Part shown: positions 58,949 to 64,000 of the stretch, one piece after another
How the letters are laid out: the number at the start of each line of letters is the position of its first letter
Numbering within the stretch: position 1 is the first letter of the stretch
DNA from: Picochlorum sp. SENEW3
Lineage: Eukaryota
DNA: 64,000 nucleotides
Direction: 5' to 3'
Assembly (NCBI GenBank): GCA_034226945.1
Contig: CP120464.1
Span: forward strand, 496,001 to 560,000
Translations under genes and position numbers: made by a program
The notes under the pieces: model-generated
What the model was told of the DNA's origin: nothing
Databases searched by the model: none
Seen by the model: only the letters and a program-made list of their open reading frames with translations

Positions 58949-59430
58949 AGCATACTAGTAATGATAGTTGATTTGTTTGGGGAGATTTTGATTTGGGTGG
59001 GTGTGTCGCCAACTCGGCAGTGACTGGTATGAAGGCATCATCGGTGCAGCAGAGACGCTGCTTGTCACAATACCAACGTATATACGTTAACTTTTACGCA
59101 ATGCAACGTTGCATACCGTAAGGTCCAGGTTGTAGCCCTGCGAAGGGCCTCACAGAGCTCTGTAAATTACGAGACGCAACGTAATATTATGCGACGAATC
59201 ACTCAGTCATGCCGCAATATTTTACAGCGGTACGTGAACGAGTATAGATAAAAGCATCTGCATTTAGAGTTCTTATCAATGCATGCATCGCTCCCATACA
59301 ATATACAACATACATGTAGATACCATGGTGTGTCTCACACGAGGGAAAAGCCAGATGCTTTGCAACGCAACATCAGCCACAAGCATGTGTTTGTAGATAG
59401 ATTAGGGTACAGTTTGAGGGATATATTCAA

Positions 59431-60058
59431 GAATGCAATGCTGAGATTGTCTTTATCGATGCGCCGAATGTCGCATCTGGGCCCATTCCAAATGATGTTG
59501 TGGCTGCCTTCCCCAATACATCATACTATGAATGGTGGAATGCCACCCAGCGCGAGGAGGATGGGCAGTGGGAGTACGTGAACGCTGATAGATCGTTGGA
59601 ATATATTGAAAGGGTATGGAATGAGCATCACGGGTTTGACGGCATTGTCGGGTTTTCTCAAGGAGCTGCCATGGCAGCGCTGCTTGCGGGGCTGCAACAT
59701 TCGGGGCAGGCCTTGACAGGATTCTCAAAGCTCAAGTTTATCATTTGCATCGCTGGCATTCGAGTACGAGATCCCAGATTTTCAGCATATTATGATAATC
59801 TTGCCCATATACCCTCGGTGCACATCATTGGGCAGAATGATCCCATCAAGAGGCTTACCAACCAGTTGATCAGGAGCTTTCAAGCCCCTGTTGTGTTGAC
59901 TCATGACCGTGGGCATGTGGTTCCTCGAATACACGATGATATGAAGCGTATTCTTGTCCAATTCATCGAAAAATCACATTCGCCACGACAGGCACACCTG
60001 TAATCCATGCTATGTATAGTAATGCTAGAAGAAGGGTGGCAGCTGCTGCTGCTGACTC
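59431..60058 (+). pseudogene. 5'-truncated FSH1 copy (right repeat)
   Basis: Lacks the first 43 codons and the start; the rest is intact to AHL*. Confidence 0.9.
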
Positions 60059-60591
60059 GGATTCCCATGGTCAACGGGATGATTTTCCACCTGTCCCGAG
60101 TGGCGCCTGATTCGCGTCAACGTGGCGGGAAACAACGTACGTGTACAAATACCCTACTACTTTCATCTAGGCACTCATTTATAATATAAATACGAGTACA
60201 ATAGTGTACATAAAGGGATTTGTGCGTGATTTACGCTGAACCTTGGAGTACTACGAGTCGCGAGTGACGAGAGCTCGGGGTGTTTGGATTGGACAATCTG
60301 TATGTGTTCTACATCCAATTATCCATCAGAGTTACATAATTAAGTATAATTGGGACAATTGATCGAGGTATGGGGCATTAGGATGGTAGGGAGGGGAGAT
60401 TGTCGTTGTTGGAATTTGGAACTTTTCAGGCTCTAGGGTCTCGGATGGATGTCGTGGTGGTCGAGGGATTGTCCTCGAGAATAAACAAGGGTGATTTATA
60501 CGTGTATACGTTGAGGTGGGACGAGGTGGAGTCTACCACGTGTCGTCGGGTGGTTGACCACGTTTGGGTCTTTGTGTTGTAGGAGGGTCAT

Positions 60592-61704
60592 ATGGCGATG
60601 GAGACTGGCAGAAAGAACAGTTTTCCATCGCATGAGAAGCAGGGTGGTTTAGAGGGGTATGCGGCTGTGGCTGCTGCTGGGATTGGGCATCATGAACCGA
60701 GTCCTGTGGGGTCTCAGACACAGAGACAGCGTGCGAATGCATCATCGAAGAAATCTGTTGTACCAAAAGAGCAAATTTGCTTTGATTTTACAAAAGGGCA
60801 ATGCCGGCGTGGGGAGAATTGCAAGTTTAGTCACGATGTGGGGTACATTATTGAGGTCAATTCACAAGAAAAGGGCATCTGTTTTGACTTTTTGAAAGGG
60901 ACCTGTACTCGCGGCGTGATGTGTCGGTTTTCGCATGATTTGAACAATTTAAAGCCGATGATTGATCAGTCGACGCCGAAGAAGGAGACGATTGGAAAGG
61001 GAAAGAAAAAGGCACCAATTTGCTATGATTTTGTGAAGAATATGTGTTCCAAAGGGCAGCATTGCAAGTACTCTCACGATTATTCGTCACTGTTTCAGCA
61101 AGTGCACAAGCGTTCTTCTACTGGAGAAGTTGAGCAGAATCCAAATACGGTGTGCAGTGATGTTTGCGTGGACTATCTGAGAGGGCAGTGTCGCCATGGA
61201 GATGGATGCAGTTTGTATCATGTGGGGGTGTCGGGGCAGCATTCGGACATCCCCGCGTCTGCAGGGTTGTGTCGTGTGCAGACTCATGATTCAAATCAAG
61301 AAACGTTGGAGAATCTACTGGCGCGATTGAAAAGGGCTCAGTTGCAAGATGATCTCATGGTACCTGCATCTGGTGTGTCATACCCACCCCCATCAATGCC
61401 TTCACAGGGCGCTCTGTTGATGGATGCCTATGCGAAAGACTCTGCAAACAGGTTGATGCCTATGAATAATACAATGGCGATGTCTCCACCTGTGACGCAT
61501 ACGGAAAAAATGGCGATGAAACAGTATTTGGCCAAGGAGCATGAAGCAAGAGATTCTCCAACAATTGGAGCAGGATGGCATGGAGGGCTCGCACATGCTC
61601 CTCGTCAGAGTTTATTTGGCAGCACGGAAGACTCGATGCAGCGACATGGGCAAAGCTTGCATGAGTTTCTAGCAGTTCAGTCAATTTGGTCACAAAAGTG
61701 TTGA
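60592..61704 (+). CDS. Tandem CCCH zinc-finger protein
   Basis: Four C-x7-C-x5-C-x3-H motifs (CFDFTKGQC.., CFDFLKGTC.., CYDFVKNMC.., CVDYLRGQC..). Confidence 0.9.
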   Translation: MAMETGRKNSFPSHEKQGGLEGYAAVAAAGIGHHEPSPVGSQTQRQRANASSKKSVVPKEQICFDFTKGQCRRGENCKFSHDVGYIIEVNSQEKGICFDFLKGTCTRGVMCRFSHDLNNLKPMIDQSTPKKETIGKGKKKAPICYDFVKNMCSKGQHCKYSHDYSSLFQQVHKRSSTGEVEQNPNTVCSDVCVDYLRGQCRHGDGCSLYHVGVSGQHSDIPASAGLCRVQTHDSNQETLENLLARLKRAQLQDDLMVPASGVSYPPPSMPSQGALLMDAYAKDSANRLMPMNNTMAMSPPVTHTEKMAMKQYLAKEHEARDSPTIGAGWHGGLAHAPRQSLFGSTEDSMQRHGQSLHEFLAVQSIWSQKC

Positions 61705-61987
61705 ATTTTGATGCATGTACAGAAATAACAACCATGGCATGATGCAAGCAGGCCTGCATGGTTGTTGAGATTTTGAAATAGATTCATATCATCAAAGGAT
61801 TGAATTATTATTGGCTAGTGGTCATGTATGTACGGGGGAAATGGTTGGCAACGCATGACTGGATACAATGATTTGTTTTTCTTGTTCATTAATGTTTGTT
61901 TTCATTGGTTCATACAACCGTGAGATACGCAAGTAGATGTAAATACTTTGGATACTAAATATATATATATATATATTATTCGAAAAC

Positions 61988-62789
61988 TTACTGAAATCCT
62001 TTGGCATCGACGTCACCTCCTCTAGATGGCTTGGGACTGCTACCCTTGAGTGCATCACGTCTGTCCAGAATATACTGCTGCAGCTCGCGGAACTTTGGCA
62101 CAGCTCTCATCTCTACCTTGGATCCATCTTTCAGTGTCACCACCATGTCTCCCCATAATCCAATTCCACGGCCGATGGATTTCACATCGACCACTTCTTC
62201 GTAGGCAGCATCCAATTGCTCATTCTTCCATGGAGCAGTCGTGATTGCGGACAAGCGTCGATCAGTAAACCTGTACTTGACGAATGCAGATCTGCCTACT
62301 GCGGCAACAGATAAGGGGAGCCACACCAGAGTCGTTCCCAAGGCTACATTGATGGCCAAATCCCCCATATGTGGACCAGATTCAAAATACAATGTTTCAT
62401 CAGAGTAATCACGCACTGGAGCACTCTTCTCTGTTGCTGAAGAATCGCTTTCACCTTTTCCCTTCTTCACACCAGCTCCATACGGTGTCTCACCTTTTGC
62501 CTTCTTCAGAGCAGCCAAGCGTGCTTCGAAATCGTCATCATCTGCAGGCACATGATCAATCTGTGAGCCCTGTTCTACTCCTACCACATACAACACATTG
62601 TCTCGCGATGCCATGGCCTACGCCCGTACCTGATGCTCTAACTATAACATGTGCTCGTGATGTGCGTGGAACCACGGATGCAGGGGCCAATGAGCGAATC
62701 CTCTGCTGTTTTTGTGGACCAACAGAGGAAGTCCCCTGTCCATTGACTGCCACAACGGGAGTCGTCGATCGCGCAACTTTTGTCAGCAT
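61988..62789 (-). CDS. Plastid bacterial-PH (bPH_2) domain protein, 2 exons
   Basis: Transit peptide exon, intron 62629-62542, YFESGPHMGDL...YRFTDRR...RGIGLWGDMVVTLKDG. Confidence 0.8.
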
Positions 62790-63227
62790 TATTTTTTGAG
62801 TGCAATGCATTATGAATGCGACTGTGTGGAGATTGCGCAATCGTCAAGTGAGTGGTGGAGATCACCATAGTCTGACGATTGGGACAAGGTATTCGGGAGT
62901 CATGCAACTTGCCGCCATATATGACATGAACAGACTTCGCTTTTCACAAACAAAACACAAAACTTTATATTTCTGATCTATTTATACCCCTTATCGCTTG
63001 AAGGTACGAGTTTGTGACTATTGCGCTGAGAGCCACCTTTGTCGGCGCCTACACATGGCTGTGTTCTTGAGAAATCGCTGCCATTTCATTATCTGTGGTG
63101 AAAAATACTTTCAAATAAGGATAATCATGGATATTAATGAGGTTATGTGGCTGATGTAGGGCTATTCGAGATTGCCCTGTGGTAAAAGCGTGCAATTGCT
63201 CAAGTCAATTAACTACACAAAACAGAG

Positions 63228-63398
63228 ATGGGCCACGACGCTGTTTGGAACTCTCATCCAAAGAATTACGGAAAGGGATCTCGTAAGTGCCGTGTGTGCT
63301 CAAACCAGGGAGGTTTGATCCGCAAGTATGGCATGAACATTTGCAGACAGTGCTTCCGTCACTATGCCAAGGATATTGGATTTAACAAGTATCGTTAA
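63228..63398 (+). CDS. RPS29: 40S ribosomal protein S29 (uS14); below the ORF-track size cut-off
   Basis: [56 protein letters not shown]. Confidence 0.97.
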   Translation: MGHDAVWNSHPKNYGKGSRKCRVCSNQGGLIRKYGMNICRQCFRHYAKDIGFNKYR

Positions 63399-63445
63399 AC
63401 AATATTACGTATGTAATTCATCTCCTATATGTATCTATATATAAT

Positions 63446-64000
63446 CTACCAAAACGTGTTCCGATCGTGGGATACTGCCTTTGTCTGTTTATCCACGGAT
63501 GGCTGATCTTGTCCATGTCCAACAAGTGACCTCTCCACAGATGCTCGAGTAGGCATGCTTGGAATTGCACCGGCGGCCTGAATGCATAACGCCGCAGCTT
63601 TGCTTGCCCATGCCATTGATTCTTGATCGGATTTTCCTTGGAGCATACCGACAGCAAATGCGGCTGTGAAACAATCACCAGCTCCAGTTGTGTCCACCAC
63701 ATGCAGCACTTTGTCTGCCTTTTGCCTGATTGTGTTTCCGTAAATATCAACAAGTACGGACCCCTTGGAGCCCAATTTTAGCAACACTTTGTTGACTCCT
63801 TGGTGAACTAATGCCTCGGCGGCTTTGATGCACTCTTTCTCTGTCTTCGTTGGCATCCCCGTAAGGCGCTCAAGTTCCGTCTCATTTGGACTCAATATGG
63901 AAATATTGGCAAGTAAATCACTGGCAAGTGGCTTCTCGGCACCCCCTGCATCAAGAATGACTGGAACACGTGCCGATGTTGCTAATTTCGCAAATATAAC
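63446..64000 (-). CDS. Ribokinase (PfkB family), 3' part
   Basis: VILDAGG, SPNETEL, VLLKLGSKGS, VVDTTGAGDCFTAA. Confidence 0.9.
   Translation of the reverse strand, partial: VIFAKLATSARVPVILDAGGAEKPLASDLLANISILSPNETELERLTGMPTKTEKECIKAAEALVHQGVNKVLLKLGSKGSVLVDIYGNTIRQKADKVLHVVDTTGAGDCFTAAFAVGMLQGKSDQESMAWASKAAALCIQAAGAIPSMPTRASVERSLVGHGQDQPSVDKQTKAVSHDRNTFW

Noticed and set aside
44655..59430. Classical DNA transposon or LTR element as the explanation for the islands
   Set aside because: No TIRs, TG..CA ends, transposase, integrase or RT. The flanking repeats are host gene sequence and far longer than normal TSDs.
59279..59581. 100-aa ORF crossing the island/repeat junction
   Set aside because: Out of frame with FSH1 and without motifs; no evidence for a chimeric gene.
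61959..61977. (TA)n microsatellite; also an (ATGATA)-type run in an RPA1 intron near 14145
   Set aside because: Ordinary short simple repeats.

Overview
Compact eukaryotic nuclear DNA with short GT-AG introns and convergent genes often only 8-50 bp apart. Gene content and style suggest a small trebouxiophyte green alga, probably Picochlorum-like (inference). The backbone is housekeeping genes: RBP45/47, MFS transporter, TCP11, XEG113-like GT77, RPA1, ethanolamine kinase, GNAT, Fpg/Nei, NDUFAF3, SecY-like, ISCA2, cNMP-gated channel, GET1, NCA1, FSH1, RPS29 and ribokinase. Two accessory zones interrupt it. (1) About 16-29 kb holds secreted or surface proteins: a BBE-like oxidase, three PAN-like paralogues, a fasciclin, a bacterial-style GT2-GT4 fusion and a non-LTR retrotransposon relic. 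(2) About 44.6-59.4 kb holds seven membrane-anchored putative glycan-modifying genes. Most striking: two of these cassettes (1.66 kb and 5.9 kb) are each bracketed by long direct repeats (319 bp and about 626 bp) made of the 3' end of a housekeeping gene, like attL/attR-flanked genomic islands. The FSH1 repeat copies differ almost only at synonymous sites. Island edges and the PAN duplication junction carry dense chains of short palindromes, and a TTACGnGAC motif recurs upstream of accessory genes. Exon boundaries were read by eye and no database searches were run.
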